A DNA stretch of 63,954 nt, the filler included, from Sanchytrium tribonematis (taxonomy: Eukaryota): NCBI GenBank assembly GCA_018985235.1. It is 5 parts of 5 records of this genome, joined end to end, with 100 filler letters (N's around TTAATTAATTAA, not from the genome) between each part and the next. Parts side by side here need not be neighbours in the genome. Positions count along the whole stretch, not along the records: positions 52,592 to 63,954 come from JADGIG010000261.1; 4 more parts are not named here. One strand, written 5' to 3'. Below are positions 53,496-63,724 of this stretch, piece after piece. How positions within the stretch are numbered: position 1 is the stretch's first letter; each line of letters begins with the position of its first letter. The notes beneath the pieces are model-generated. The model did no database searches. It saw only the letters and a program-made list of their open reading frames with translations, and was not told the DNA's origin. Made by a program: the position numbers and the translations under genes.

Positions 53496-56400
53496 CACGG
53501 AGATTTATCAAAAATGACGTCCTCCAGTAAAAGTGTTATGTTGAAACCCCAAGGCCCACTGCAGCCCGCAAACCCAGCAGAAATTGAAGACCCGAAAAAA
53601 TTACAATGGATATGCTGTCTAAAGGTTCAAATTAGACAGTTTAAAACAAATATTTACGAATTACCTGATTTGCAACTTGCTCGTCGCCAAATGATGAAGA
53701 TTTTGAAAATCAAGTCTCAAGATATTCGTAGAATGGCATTTATTCACAAAAATCGCTATTTAGAAGTCATTTGTACTGCTAAAGTTTTAGAGAGAGTTCT
53801 AGAATATGTCAGAGAATCCCTTGGAGGAACCCCTTTTTCCATGGGTAGCTGGCTAAAATTTATTAAATTGCCAATTAACAAGAGTCTTTACAAGGAAGAA
53901 TACGTCAGACTCAAATCTGATATTTACGAAGTCGCCCTTTCAATTCATTCTCCATCCCGTTTTGAAAATGATGTCACCAAGTTATTAGGTTATCTCTGTC
54001 ATCAATTGAATGCCAATTTCCATTATAACACGTACATTCGTACTGTTAAATCCAATATTGAAGAAGCAAAGAAGAAAAAGATTGATCTACCTACTTCAAC
54101 TCCAACATCTGCTCCGATTGCAATTGATGATGAATTGAATGCATTAATGGCCGACCTAAACAATTGCTCCACGTCATCTAGTGATGACAGCTTGTATGTG
54201 ACCATGGACGATGCCAATCAGAGCTGCAATGTGAAAAAACGAAAGATTGATGAGATGGATACCATTCTATGCTGTTTTACAGTAGATGGTACAATTGAAA
54301 CTAAGACGTTCCCCAAAGGTCTAGTCATTGGTCAAATTTGTGATTCTGTTGAGTTTGAGCATGTTGTGATGAATTTGCAAGCAATCTCAGATTGGCAAAC
54401 ACCAGTGATTGATGGAAGTTCAATTTTATGTACAAAGGAAAATTTGGCCCATAAAATTGAAATTGATGTTTTGGGAATCAAATCCAATCTATTTGTCCCT
54501 TTTGACACATTGGCATCCCATTTAGTACCACCAATGTATTGCAATGAAAAGTTTTGTGTATCAATCGATGGATTGGGATTGGATGATTCTGGAATGCTAT
54601 TGGATAACTTGAAGAGTATCTTTATTTCTTCAGTAAATGAGATTGCAACTTATTTACCTTCCCCAGGCAATGATAAATATGCCAGAAATGCCCATGAATT
54701 GAAGACAGATCGCGATTTTGATTTTCTTAAATTGCCCAAAATTGCAGTCATATTCTTTAAAAATGTCAATTGCATGATTTGGCTGTTTTTAATGTCTCAA
54801 ATAATGCCAATCATGGCATTCCATATTCATTTTGGAGGTAAAATAATCAATATTGATGCCCCTATTAATATTGCACAGGATATTGCTATTCAGATGTGTG
54901 CCCGTGGAATAGCAGCCGGGAAAGTTATATTTGAGGGTAAAACATTACCAATGGGACACCAAATTACTAGTGATCATAGTGGACGTGTCTACTACAAATT
55001 AAATGAAATGAGAGATTTGCGTGTGCAAGAAGTTATTTCAACAAAAAACACAAAATTGCGAGTTTTGGGGTGGAATGTATGCGGTTTAAAGTATAACACA
55101 CATGACATTCTAGCCATAATCCAGGCCTTTGACTTGGATGTTGTTTTTCTTTCAGAATGCAAAATATCCCAAAATACTCATTTGCCATCTAATTTTATTC
55201 TATTCAACAATTCCAATACATGTTATGGATGCGCAGTAGTATATAACAGCTTAAAATATAGCAGAGGGGATTTGAATATCAGTGGAAGTGAATATCACCT
55301 GCTCTTGAAATTAGAATCAATCGATTTATTATATGTCTATCGTCGCTTAAGCACGAATTGTATTGACTGGTACCATTCCATAAGACATATGATTAGTAAT
55401 AAGGTGTTTATGTTTGGGGACGTAAACGTGAATAAACTAAAAGCACTGAATACTCAGCAAATTTCCATGTTTGACTACATGGCAATGGATGGACTATATG
55501 AGTATGATTTGGGCGGCGATTATTCCTTTTTAAAAAATGGAAACATCAGTTACCCAGACTTGGCATTTTATAAAGGACAAACTAGTTATAAAGTCATTGA
55601 GGGATATTTGATGCAACGCTTTGATATTTCAGATCATTGCGGGATGATCTTTGAATTTGAATTAGAAGATGAGAATGTGGTCATTTATCCCAAGATGCCA
55701 CGCTGGAATGTTCATAAATTGAAGGATGAAGATACTGATTTTCGATTCAAACACGAGGAGGATTTGGAAATTATTCGTGAAGAAGGCGTATTGGAACAGC
55801 ATTTATTGGAATTTGAAAACGACAACTTGCCTGGCTCCCATAGATATGCAGCTTGCACTCATATTGGTGATGTTCTGATTCGTATCCTTCATTCATCCGC
55901 AAACAGAAGCATTGGCAAGTCTCGTCTCTTTCATGGAATTGATACGCAGATGCTGCAGGATAGTACCACTGCGCGACTTAGAGGCAATCATGCCATAGCC
56001 AATAGTATAATTGATCAGGCACGCAAGCTAGCTCAAAAGAAATTCAAATCTGACATTGATAAATTAGAATCTTGCCAATTTCTAAAAGTGATTAATTTGG
56101 TGTCCCGTCGCAAAGGAGTGAGCCGGCAACATTTGGATAGACTACGCCTTGAACAACACTTTGAGAAATGGGATGATAAATGGCATTTAAATTCGAATCA
56201 ACATGGTGCATTTATCCCAACGAATTTTAATAATTTTACGTGGATCGACTATAATATGGAGGATTTGGAAAAGATTATAAGTAAACTACCCAGTCACAAG
56301 GCCGCAGGTCCCACTGATGTACCAAATGAGCTGTTAAAGCACTCCAGTGCTCGATTTAAATCAATCTTATTAAAATATTTCAACTTGATTGGTAGAACTG

Positions 56401-58440
56401 GCATTGTGCCGGATATATTCAGATTCTCATCCATATTGCCAGTTCACAAAGGAAGATCAGACGATTATGAGTCCATGGTGGAATATCGTCCAATTGGACT
56501 ATGCTGTTGTTTACGCAAAATGTTTGAAAAAATGTTGAAACCCCTTTTGATGCCATTTCTGAAGACATCTGAAAACCAATTTGGATTTAAATGTGCCACC
56601 ACCTTATTAGATGCTGCTTGGTACTTTGAAAGTATTTTGGATGACTTAAACTACAACCCTCAAGATTATATACTCATTAAGGGCGATTTATCAGCAGCAT
56701 TCGATAGCTGTTCCCATGAGTCTCTTTTAAACATGTGCCAAAGTACGGGAATGCCTGACAATATCACTTCCCTAATTCAGAATCTTAACATGAGACAGAA
56801 TATTAAATTATCCCTTGGTGATCGCTCTACAAATTACAAAAGCATCAACCAGGGAATAATTCAGGGTACAATTATCAGCCCAAATCTTTTTACAAAACTA
56901 GTGGACTGGGCGATGACAAACATTGATGCCCATTGTGTATGGTTTGCAGACGATTTATTGATTCTAATGAAAAGAAGTGAAATGGATGCCAAGATGACTG
57001 AAATAATCGCAGCACTGGGCAACATCGGTTTGCATTTTAATATGAATAAGACACATGAGGTTACCGAGGTATTTGAAAAGTGGCTTGGTCTTCAGCTAAA
57101 CCACTTGGGTACTAATTCAGAACAGCAAATAAACGCCAATCTCAAAAAAGCAAGAAATCGAATACGAAATGCCAGGAACTGTGGCATTTTTAGCGGCGGC
57201 TATAAACAAGAGCATTTATTGCGCTATGTGGGCTCGGCAATCTTGCCATTACTGGAATTTGGTATTGGAATTCATGAGCCAATTTTAGAATTAGCATCAA
57301 AAGTAGATGTGTTTTTAAATACGGTAGTAAGGGATCTACTTGGCATCCCTAAACATACACCTGTTATTGACATTCGAACATTAAGCGGGTATACATCCTT
57401 CTTTGATAGATGGACAGCCGTAAAAGTAAAATTCACAAACAAAGTGAATGTACTAAATAACGATACAGATGATCTAGAGTACCAGCCAATGGCAAAAATG
57501 AGTTTTAGTTTGAATAAGAAGCTAAAATCATTCTTTAAAGAGAAAGATAAATCCCATATTTTGCAGGTTTGCAAAAGATCCTATCCAAATAGGGATACAC
57601 GATGCAGTCACTGTATGGGGGAACACAAATATGTAAATGGGATATTCAAATGTCATTCTAATTTGATATCCCAACCAACTGAAAAATGTGAGAAATTTGA
57701 GGGTGTGACGTATCTCTCCTTCCCAAACTCATGGCAATCTGTGATTCAACAACAACAAACGAAATTAAATAGTAACCAACTACTAGTGTATACGGACGCT
57801 AGTCTCCATTTAGATCCAGAGATACAAGCAACGGGTGCTGCAATTGCAATGTCACAATCTCATCTTCACGTAAAATCTTATGATCTATTAAATCTACAGC
57901 CTGACAACTCAACTCGTTGCGAATTAGCCACAGTGGTATGTATTTTGAAAGATATACAACAAATTAGTAGCTACAATACGCATGAAATCACTATTTACAC
58001 GGATTCAAAAAGCACCATTGACATTTTAGAAGCAGCTAAAGATAACACTATTCCACTTTATAAATTATATGGATGTGATCTCATTAAACATGTACTAAAT
58101 ACACTAGATAGAGTGTCATTGGTTTATACGCCAGGACATGATGATTCCAACCCCCACTCATTGAATCATCTATGTGACTATCTGAGCCATTCTCACGACA
58201 TTGCATCACCAGCACCAATTGAATTGACTGTTGATCCTGATTGGGTGAAATACGACAGGAAAATGAAGGCCGAAAGAGCAAAAGAAATTAATTTATTTAG
58301 ACTAAATCACTTAATGAGCACGGAAATGAATAAGAATGTACTATATGAAGTACTGAGAGAATTACACATCAATTGCATTCCAACAACCTAACGATTGTCA
58401 ATCTACCTGAGTTAATACTCAATAAATAACAAAAAAAAAA
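53496..58440 (+). mobile_element. Apparently full-length single-ORF non-LTR retrotransposon (LINE)
   Basis: Perfect 19-bp TSD, 18-nt 5' UTR, intact 1625-aa ORF, AATAAA at 58421, A10 tail at 58431-58440. Confidence 0.95.
53514..58391 (+). CDS. LINE polyprotein: N-terminal region, APE endonuclease (~55056-55660), RT (~56298-57120), Cys/His knuckle (~57600-57656), RNase H (~57780-58190)
   Basis: GWNVCGL, LSE, GDVN, SDH; KAAGPTD, YRPIGL, QFGF, DLSAAFD, GIIQG..SP, FADD; YTDAS, RCELA, YTDS, PGH..NHLCD. Confidence 0.95.
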   Translation: MTSSSKSVMLKPQGPLQPANPAEIEDPKKLQWICCLKVQIRQFKTNIYELPDLQLARRQMMKILKIKSQDIRRMAFIHKNRYLEVICTAKVLERVLEYVRESLGGTPFSMGSWLKFIKLPINKSLYKEEYVRLKSDIYEVALSIHSPSRFENDVTKLLGYLCHQLNANFHYNTYIRTVKSNIEEAKKKKIDLPTSTPTSAPIAIDDELNALMADLNNCSTSSSDDSLYVTMDDANQSCNVKKRKIDEMDTILCCFTVDGTIETKTFPKGLVIGQICDSVEFEHVVMNLQAISDWQTPVIDGSSILCTKENLAHKIEIDVLGIKSNLFVPFDTLASHLVPPMYCNEKFCVSIDGLGLDDSGMLLDNLKSIFISSVNEIATYLPSPGNDKYARNAHELKTDRDFDFLKLPKIAVIFFKNVNCMIWLFLMSQIMPIMAFHIHFGGKIINIDAPINIAQDIAIQMCARGIAAGKVIFEGKTLPMGHQITSDHSGRVYYKLNEMRDLRVQEVISTKNTKLRVLGWNVCGLKYNTHDILAIIQAFDLDVVFLSECKISQNTHLPSNFILFNNSNTCYGCAVVYNSLKYSRGDLNISGSEYHLLLKLESIDLLYVYRRLSTNCIDWYHSIRHMISNKVFMFGDVNVNKLKALNTQQISMFDYMAMDGLYEYDLGGDYSFLKNGNISYPDLAFYKGQTSYKVIEGYLMQRFDISDHCGMIFEFELEDENVVIYPKMPRWNVHKLKDEDTDFRFKHEEDLEIIREEGVLEQHLLEFENDNLPGSHRYAACTHIGDVLIRILHSSANRSIGKSRLFHGIDTQMLQDSTTARLRGNHAIANSIIDQARKLAQKKFKSDIDKLESCQFLKVINLVSRRKGVSRQHLDRLRLEQHFEKWDDKWHLNSNQHGAFIPTNFNNFTWIDYNMEDLEKIISKLPSHKAAGPTDVPNELLKHSSARFKSILLKYFNLIGRTGIVPDIFRFSSILPVHKGRSDDYESMVEYRPIGLCCCLRKMFEKMLKPLLMPFLKTSENQFGFKCATTLLDAAWYFESILDDLNYNPQDYILIKGDLSAAFDSCSHESLLNMCQSTGMPDNITSLIQNLNMRQNIKLSLGDRSTNYKSINQGIIQGTIISPNLFTKLVDWAMTNIDAHCVWFADDLLILMKRSEMDAKMTEIIAALGNIGLHFNMNKTHEVTEVFEKWLGLQLNHLGTNSEQQINANLKKARNRIRNARNCGIFSGGYKQEHLLRYVGSAILPLLEFGIGIHEPILELASKVDVFLNTVVRDLLGIPKHTPVIDIRTLSGYTSFFDRWTAVKVKFTNKVNVLNNDTDDLEYQPMAKMSFSLNKKLKSFFKEKDKSHILQVCKRSYPNRDTRCSHCMGEHKYVNGIFKCHSNLISQPTEKCEKFEGVTYLSFPNSWQSVIQQQQTKLNSNQLLVYTDASLHLDPEIQATGAAIAMSQSHLHVKSYDLLNLQPDNSTRCELATVVCILKDIQQISSYNTHEITIYTDSKSTIDILEAAKDNTIPLYKLYGCDLIKHVLNTLDRVSLVYTPGHDDSNPHSLNHLCDYLSHSHDIASPAPIELTVDPDWVKYDRKMKAERAKEINLFRLNHLMSTEMNKNVLYEVLRELHINCIPTT

Positions 58441-58459
58441 CCTCTGTTAAAATGTATAA
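58441..58459 (+). repeat. 3' target-site duplication
   Basis: Directly follows the poly(A) tail; matches 53477-53495. Confidence 0.95.
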
Positions 58460-58860
58460 ATATCAAGCAACTCCATTTCAATTGGTACTGACTGTGAAAA
58501 TGATACTCCGATTGGCCATTTCAGTCATTTTTATAATATCATTGATTGCTAAAATGCCTTGGAAGAGAATCAAATCCAAGAGGGCCACTTTATTCTCTTT
58601 TGCATCCAAAAATCCAACATCAAAATCAAAACTTCCAAGTTATGCGTGAAATAAATAAATACCCCTCTAAACCATTCTTTTTGGCACTTGGCAATATTAA
58701 TTATAGCTTCATCATCCAACAAAATCTCAAAAATACCATCCAATGAGCTTCTATTTATGTTATTGGTTAAAATTAGCCACTTCAAGAATATTCTAATTCT
58801 TTACCAATAAATGACCTCCGAATCTATGTAAAAAGCAACAGCGACCCCGGTTATATCCAC

Positions 58861-60215
58861 ATGTTGTTATTCTGTCTCGGTTACGCTCTCACAGATTGTC
58901 AAAATCTAAAACAATTTGCAATCAATTTAAACATGAATATAGCAAATCCAACAACCATGAATCAAATTACAAATAATTTCTGCACGGGTATTGTTGATGG
59001 TGTTGTATGCAATAATGGAGTCATTGAATCTATAAGTTGGGTCAATTATGGATTAAGTGGAAGTTTCAAAGCATATTTACCGTCTCAGTTAATCAGTTTA
59101 AATTTGGAAAGCAATCAAATTACTGGATCACTACCCACTGCAGGATATCCGAGTACGCTCAAATCATTTTCAGTGCTAGATAATAAATTAAGTGGAATTG
59201 TTCCAAAATTCCCAGATGGTTTAGATAGTTTAACAGTAGATACCAATCAATTCACTAGTTTCGGAGTACTTCCAGCCAATTTGACGTATTTCAATGCCAA
59301 TGTCAATTTGATTAAACGCACATTTCCGAATAATTTGCCAAAAAATCTAGTTTATTTGAGACTACAAAGCAATCAAATTAGTGGCACCCTTTCTAATCTT
59401 CCTTCTTCTCTCATTGAAATTGATATTTGCGGTAATAATATAGGTGGTACCATTCCCAAATTACCACCGAATCTCGTAAATTTCAATGCATGCATCAACC
59501 AATTCAAAAATATCATCTATCCACTCCCAAATACATTACAGCGCACCAATATGTACTACAATATGATCCAAGCACCGGTAATTTTACCTCCAAACATCCA
59601 AGCAATTTGTTTTATGGCAAATTAGATCCATTTCCAATTTCATTAATTGAATTTAATGTGGGTGGTAATTTTTTGAGTGGAGATGTGTCAAATATCACTT
59701 TTTATCAAGTGCAACCTGATGCTGTGTCTGCTTTGACTTCTATTCAATTGCATGAAAATCAATTCACGGGGTATTTGCCATTATTTCCACCTAATTTGGA
59801 CACATTAGCACTTCATGGTAACCGATTTAGTGGCTCATGGGTGTCTATTCCAGAGTCAGTGACTGTTTTATTCTTGTATGGATTGCCATTAACTGGATCC
59901 ATTTATTTGAAACATCCTCTAAATGTGTTGATACAAGATACGCTTATTCACAATTTGACAATTGAAGATACATCACAAATGGCAGATTGTCGGTTTTCAA
60001 ATACCCCAATGCTGAATAATTTAAATGTTCAAAAATTATATCCAATTTGTGAACACTTGAATTTATTTAATTATACAGCACCAATTTATGGTACCATAGA
60101 GCCATATAAAACAGTTTTTAAACCTGAAATAGCAATTGATTCTGATACAGCAATGGGTTTTTCAGAATTAACAAGAGAAACGAGCCAATTTGTAACTACC
60201 AGTTATCATGGATGA
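58861..60215 (+). pseudogene. LRR surface-protein gene copy 2: frameshift near 59600, TM tail missing
   Basis: Signal peptide plus DC cap and LP..L..L LRRs; five codons plus 1 nt missing after PPNIQ relative to paralogs; stalk runs into copy 3. Confidence 0.75.
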
Positions 60216-61917
60216 AATTAACAACAATTGCTGTATTGCACCAGTAACAGGGGTTGCTTGTTCTGGGGGAATCATTAGTTCAATAAGTTGGACAGATATT
60301 TACTTTAATGGGACTTTTCCGACTTCACAACCCATATTTCCCCCTCAATTGACATATTTCAATGTGGAATTCAATGCATTAACTGGAGAACTACCAAAAA
60401 CAGGATATCCAAGTACATTAAAGTTCTTTTCAGTCACTCACAACAATCATATGAATGGAACCATTCCTCGATTCCCAGACGGACTAGAGACATTAGCTGC
60501 TGGAGACAATAGTTTTTCTAATTTCGCAACACTGCCTACAAATCTAACGTATTTAGATATAAGTCAAAACTTTGTTTTATATAAAGAATTTCCAAGTCAT
60601 TGGCCTCCCAATTTACTAGCTTTAGGTGTTCAAAACAACAACATGAATGGCACTGTCACCAATTTACCTGATGGCTTGCTTATGTTGACACTCCGTGGAA
60701 ATAAAATCACTGGTACCATTCCAAAACTACCCAGCAAGTTAGTCGATTTCACAATTTGCTCAAACCAAATCACAAATATTACTTATCCACTCCCCGACAC
60801 AATCACAAATATCAACATGTACTCCAATATAATCAAAGCACCACTTATTTTACCACCTTTGATTCAATCTTATTACGCAAATTCGAATTTATTGTACGGA
60901 CCAATTCCAAGTGTTTTACCCCCTACTTTAGGTGCATTTGTCGTGGGAATCAATCAATTGACTGGAGATATATCCAATTTGACATATTATCATGTGCAGC
61001 CCAATTTTAATTCTCCTTTAACCGATCTCGAAATGCAACACAATTTTTTGACTGGTCATATGCCTAAATTACCAGCCCTTTTGAAAGTACTCAAATTACA
61101 TTATAACCAATTAAGTGGCCCTGCTGTTCCTATTCCAGATACTGTCACCTGGTTACAAATTGGCAATCAGCCTCTAACTGGAACCATCCACATGAAACAA
61201 CCAGTCATGCTTGAAATTGACAATACTTTAATTCATGATGTGATTGTAGATGATGCATCTCAATTGACTATTAATTATTGTAAAGTATCAGGGACTCCAA
61301 CTTTAAATAATACAAATGTGGAATCATTTTTTCAAATTTGTGAAAGAACAGATTTATTTTTATATATTCCACCAGTCTACAACACCACAGATATTGGGTA
61401 TACATCAACAATAGATTCATCAACTATTGATTCATCGATGGCTACTAGTGATGCTATTATGTTCACTAAAAGTGCCACTTTACAGAATTCGCAATCATTT
61501 GCCATTTCTGCAACTATTTCAGAAGAAAATCAAGAAGTATTGGCATCCATCATCACCAGAAGAATCAAATTTGCAATCAGCACAGCATTATTGTCTATCA
61601 ATACCACCCAATATGCATCTACCTTGCAAATATCCACAACAACCACAAAATTGTCTCAAACAACAATGGCACATTTCCAATATCAACCTGAACCACTCCA
61701 ATTTAATATCAGTATATCCTCAATCATCAGAATAGCCATATCCATTATGATACTCGTGAATATATTCCGTGATACGCCATGGAAACACTCAAAAACTGTT
61801 AAAATGAATCGATTTTCAACTACAAAATCAGTAAAAACATGGGGTATTTCCACAAATTCATCTGTTAAACAATCCATGATGACATCCATGGGCACATCTG
61901 TCAAAACAGGCTTTTAA
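60199..61917 (+). CDS. LRR receptor-like protein copy 3 (LRRs, Ser/Thr stalk, TM, basic tail); lacks signal peptide, possibly pseudogenised
   Basis: PVIMDEINNNCC aligns to internal PTTMNQITNNFC of copy 2; TM IIRIAISIMILVNIF..PWK. Confidence 0.75.
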   Translation, partial: PVIMDEINNNCCIAPVTGVACSGGIISSISWTDIYFNGTFPTSQPIFPPQLTYFNVEFNALTGELPKTGYPSTLKFFSVTHNNHMNGTIPRFPDGLETLAAGDNSFSNFATLPTNLTYLDISQNFVLYKEFPSHWPPNLLALGVQNNNMNGTVTNLPDGLLMLTLRGNKITGTIPKLPSKLVDFTICSNQITNITYPLPDTITNINMYSNIIKAPLILPPLIQSYYANSNLLYGPIPSVLPPTLGAFVVGINQLTGDISNLTYYHVQPNFNSPLTDLEMQHNFLTGHMPKLPALLKVLKLHYNQLSGPAVPIPDTVTWLQIGNQPLTGTIHMKQPVMLEIDNTLIHDVIVDDASQLTINYCKVSGTPTLNNTNVESFFQICERTDLFLYIPPVYNTTDIGYTSTIDSSTIDSSMATSDAIMFTKSATLQNSQSFAISATISEENQEVLASIITRRIKFAISTALLSINTTQYASTLQISTTTTKLSQTTMAHFQYQPEPLQFNISISSIIRIAISIMILVNIFRDTPWKHSKTVKMNRFSTTKSVKTWGISTNSSVKQSMMTSMGTSVKTGF

Positions 61918-61951
61918 TAAATTCATAAATCATCTTAACCCCTTGTCAAAC

Positions 61952-63007
61952 ATGGATGCTCAAAAATTGCCATTTGAATTATTAATCAAATGTATCCCAC
62001 ACCATCAACTATTTTTACTCAATAAACCATTAACCAATGTTTATTTCCAATATTATTATACTGAATATACTATTTCTCACAAATATCCATATTTGCCAAC
62101 ATCCAATATTTTCAATTTAAATGCCATGATTCACCATTTAATCATTCAGAAACCAATTGATATTGATTTTAATCAATTAACCAGTCTCAAATCTGTTAAA
62201 ATTAAGATAGTAGATGGTTTACTCATGAATTTAATACGCAATGAACCTGATGTGTTTAAACAATTGGCATATTCCCATATTGTAATGAATATCACCTCAT
62301 TATCACTTTATAGACCATCTAATGAGTCGTATATGGACCATATTATCCAATTTAAACAATTAAAATCACTTTTAATGCCTAAGTTGCATCCAAACATGTC
62401 CAATTTAAATGAATTATCCCAATTAACTCATCTCACCATCATGGATATCAAAGATACATTCGACTACAATACAGTACATCCATTTATACAGATTACTCAT
62501 TTAACCATTTTTAGAGCCACACAACATTTCATCAATCAATGTCTCAAATTATTCCCAAATGTCTCTCATCTCCAATTTAAATTATCTAAAAATGGATTAA
62601 ATGCATCCAATCTTACTCAAATCACTCATTTCACAACAGAACAACCCATGTCACAATTCCCTCCCAATCTCAAATATTTAAAATGTATTGGTGCCACCAT
62701 TCATGTGGATTTGCCACATTCTATTCAATCTTATGGCCATGTCTTTTATTGTGGATGGCATCAACAAAATGAAATGAATTTTATTTATAAAATGATGGAA
62801 TACATGTCATTTTATTCAAATATTTTAATTTATTTGATTTGTGATGGATATTTCATGATTTCAAATCAATTAGTGCCGAATGATGTGTGGCATGATGTAA
62901 AATATAGGCATATAGAGATATTAAATGGATATTATCATTATTATAAAGATGGGGCACATGATTTATTTCATAAATATACACAAGAAATGTATTTGAATGA
63001 AAAATAA
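61952..63007 (+). CDS. F-box-like/LRR (FNIP-like) protein
   Basis: LPFELLIKC at N-terminus, repeated LTHLTI/ITHL and LPHSI/PPNLKYL motifs. Confidence 0.55.
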   Translation: MDAQKLPFELLIKCIPHHQLFLLNKPLTNVYFQYYYTEYTISHKYPYLPTSNIFNLNAMIHHLIIQKPIDIDFNQLTSLKSVKIKIVDGLLMNLIRNEPDVFKQLAYSHIVMNITSLSLYRPSNESYMDHIIQFKQLKSLLMPKLHPNMSNLNELSQLTHLTIMDIKDTFDYNTVHPFIQITHLTIFRATQHFINQCLKLFPNVSHLQFKLSKNGLNASNLTQITHFTTEQPMSQFPPNLKYLKCIGATIHVDLPHSIQSYGHVFYCGWHQQNEMNFIYKMMEYMSFYSNILIYLICDGYFMISNQLVPNDVWHDVKYRHIEILNGYYHYYKDGAHDLFHKYTQEMYLNEK

Positions 63008-63037
63008 ATAGATTTATTGAATTTGAGAATGCCGTTG

Positions 63038-63724
63038 CTAAATCATATCTTGATAAAGCAATTCTAAATTTGCTTGAGTGATGGCTTGTAAATTAATTTT
63101 AAATTTGGCCTGAATTGCACGAATGTTGGAATTTGACCACTTAAAATTTAGAAATGCCTCTTGTTGTATTTGAATTAGCCAATAAATTCTTTGTAAATTA
63201 TTTTCTTGAATGGCTGTAGATAATTTTAAATCAAATAATCCCATTAAATCTTCTTCTTTTTTTAAAATGAAACCTGGTTGCATCAACACCTCATATAAAT
63301 GAGCAAAATTATGTGTTTTTAATGATGTTGTCACTGCTTCCTGTAAAGTATTTGGATATTTCACAAATCGTTCAAAATATTTCATTACAATTTCTTTTAC
63401 GCCAAAAGTCATTTTCCAATTGTAATTATTAAACAAACATACATGAATCCAATTGTATCCTCTATATGATTTGACTACATTATAAATGTAGATTTTATTC
63501 ATTTCGAGCATTTTAATACAATTATCACTTGTAAATTGTCGTCTGTAAACATCATAAACTGGTTGGAGCACATTATCTGTTACAAATAGACTCGACTCTT
63601 CATACATTGGAACCTTGGATAGTAACTCTATAGCTTTATCTTTATATTGACTACCATTTTCACCAATCAAGTATGTAAAGAAGTGAGCAAATTGATTTTT
63701 ACATGTGTAAACATTGTGCGTCAT
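63038..63724 (-). CDS. Hypothetical protein
   Basis: ATG 63724 preceded by CCCCT motif; no recognised domain. Confidence 0.55.
   Translation of the reverse strand: MTHNVYTCKNQFAHFFTYLIGENGSQYKDKAIELLSKVPMYEESSLFVTDNVLQPVYDVYRRQFTSDNCIKMLEMNKIYIYNVVKSYRGYNWIHVCLFNNYNWKMTFGVKEIVMKYFERFVKYPNTLQEAVTTSLKTHNFAHLYEVLMQPGFILKKEEDLMGLFDLKLSTAIQENNLQRIYWLIQIQQEAFLNFKWSNSNIRAIQAKFKINLQAITQANLELLYQDMI

Larger units (their letters stand above)
52592..58649 (+). pseudogene. LRR surface-protein gene copy 1: nonsense TAA at 53008-53010 and LINE insertion after 53495; TM tail at 58460-58649
   Basis: Homologous to the downstream paralogs; removing the element plus one TSD gives in-frame TTSVKMYKYQATPFQL..RLAISVIF..PWK. 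Confidence 0.85.

Noticed and set aside
53514..53517. ATGA start/stop overlap between host frame and LINE ORF as translational coupling
   Set aside because: The host frame is already stopped at 53008, so the overlap is probably coincidental.
59590..59625. Micro-intron explaining the LRR copy 2 frameshift
   Set aside because: No fitting GT-AG segment, and sequence is missing rather than extra relative to the paralogs.
1530..61904. Numerous short antisense or alternate-frame ORFs in the track (e.g. 7090-7404, 28186-28590, 48901-49341, 57272-57574)
   Set aside because: Shadow ORFs of well-supported genes with no independent motifs.
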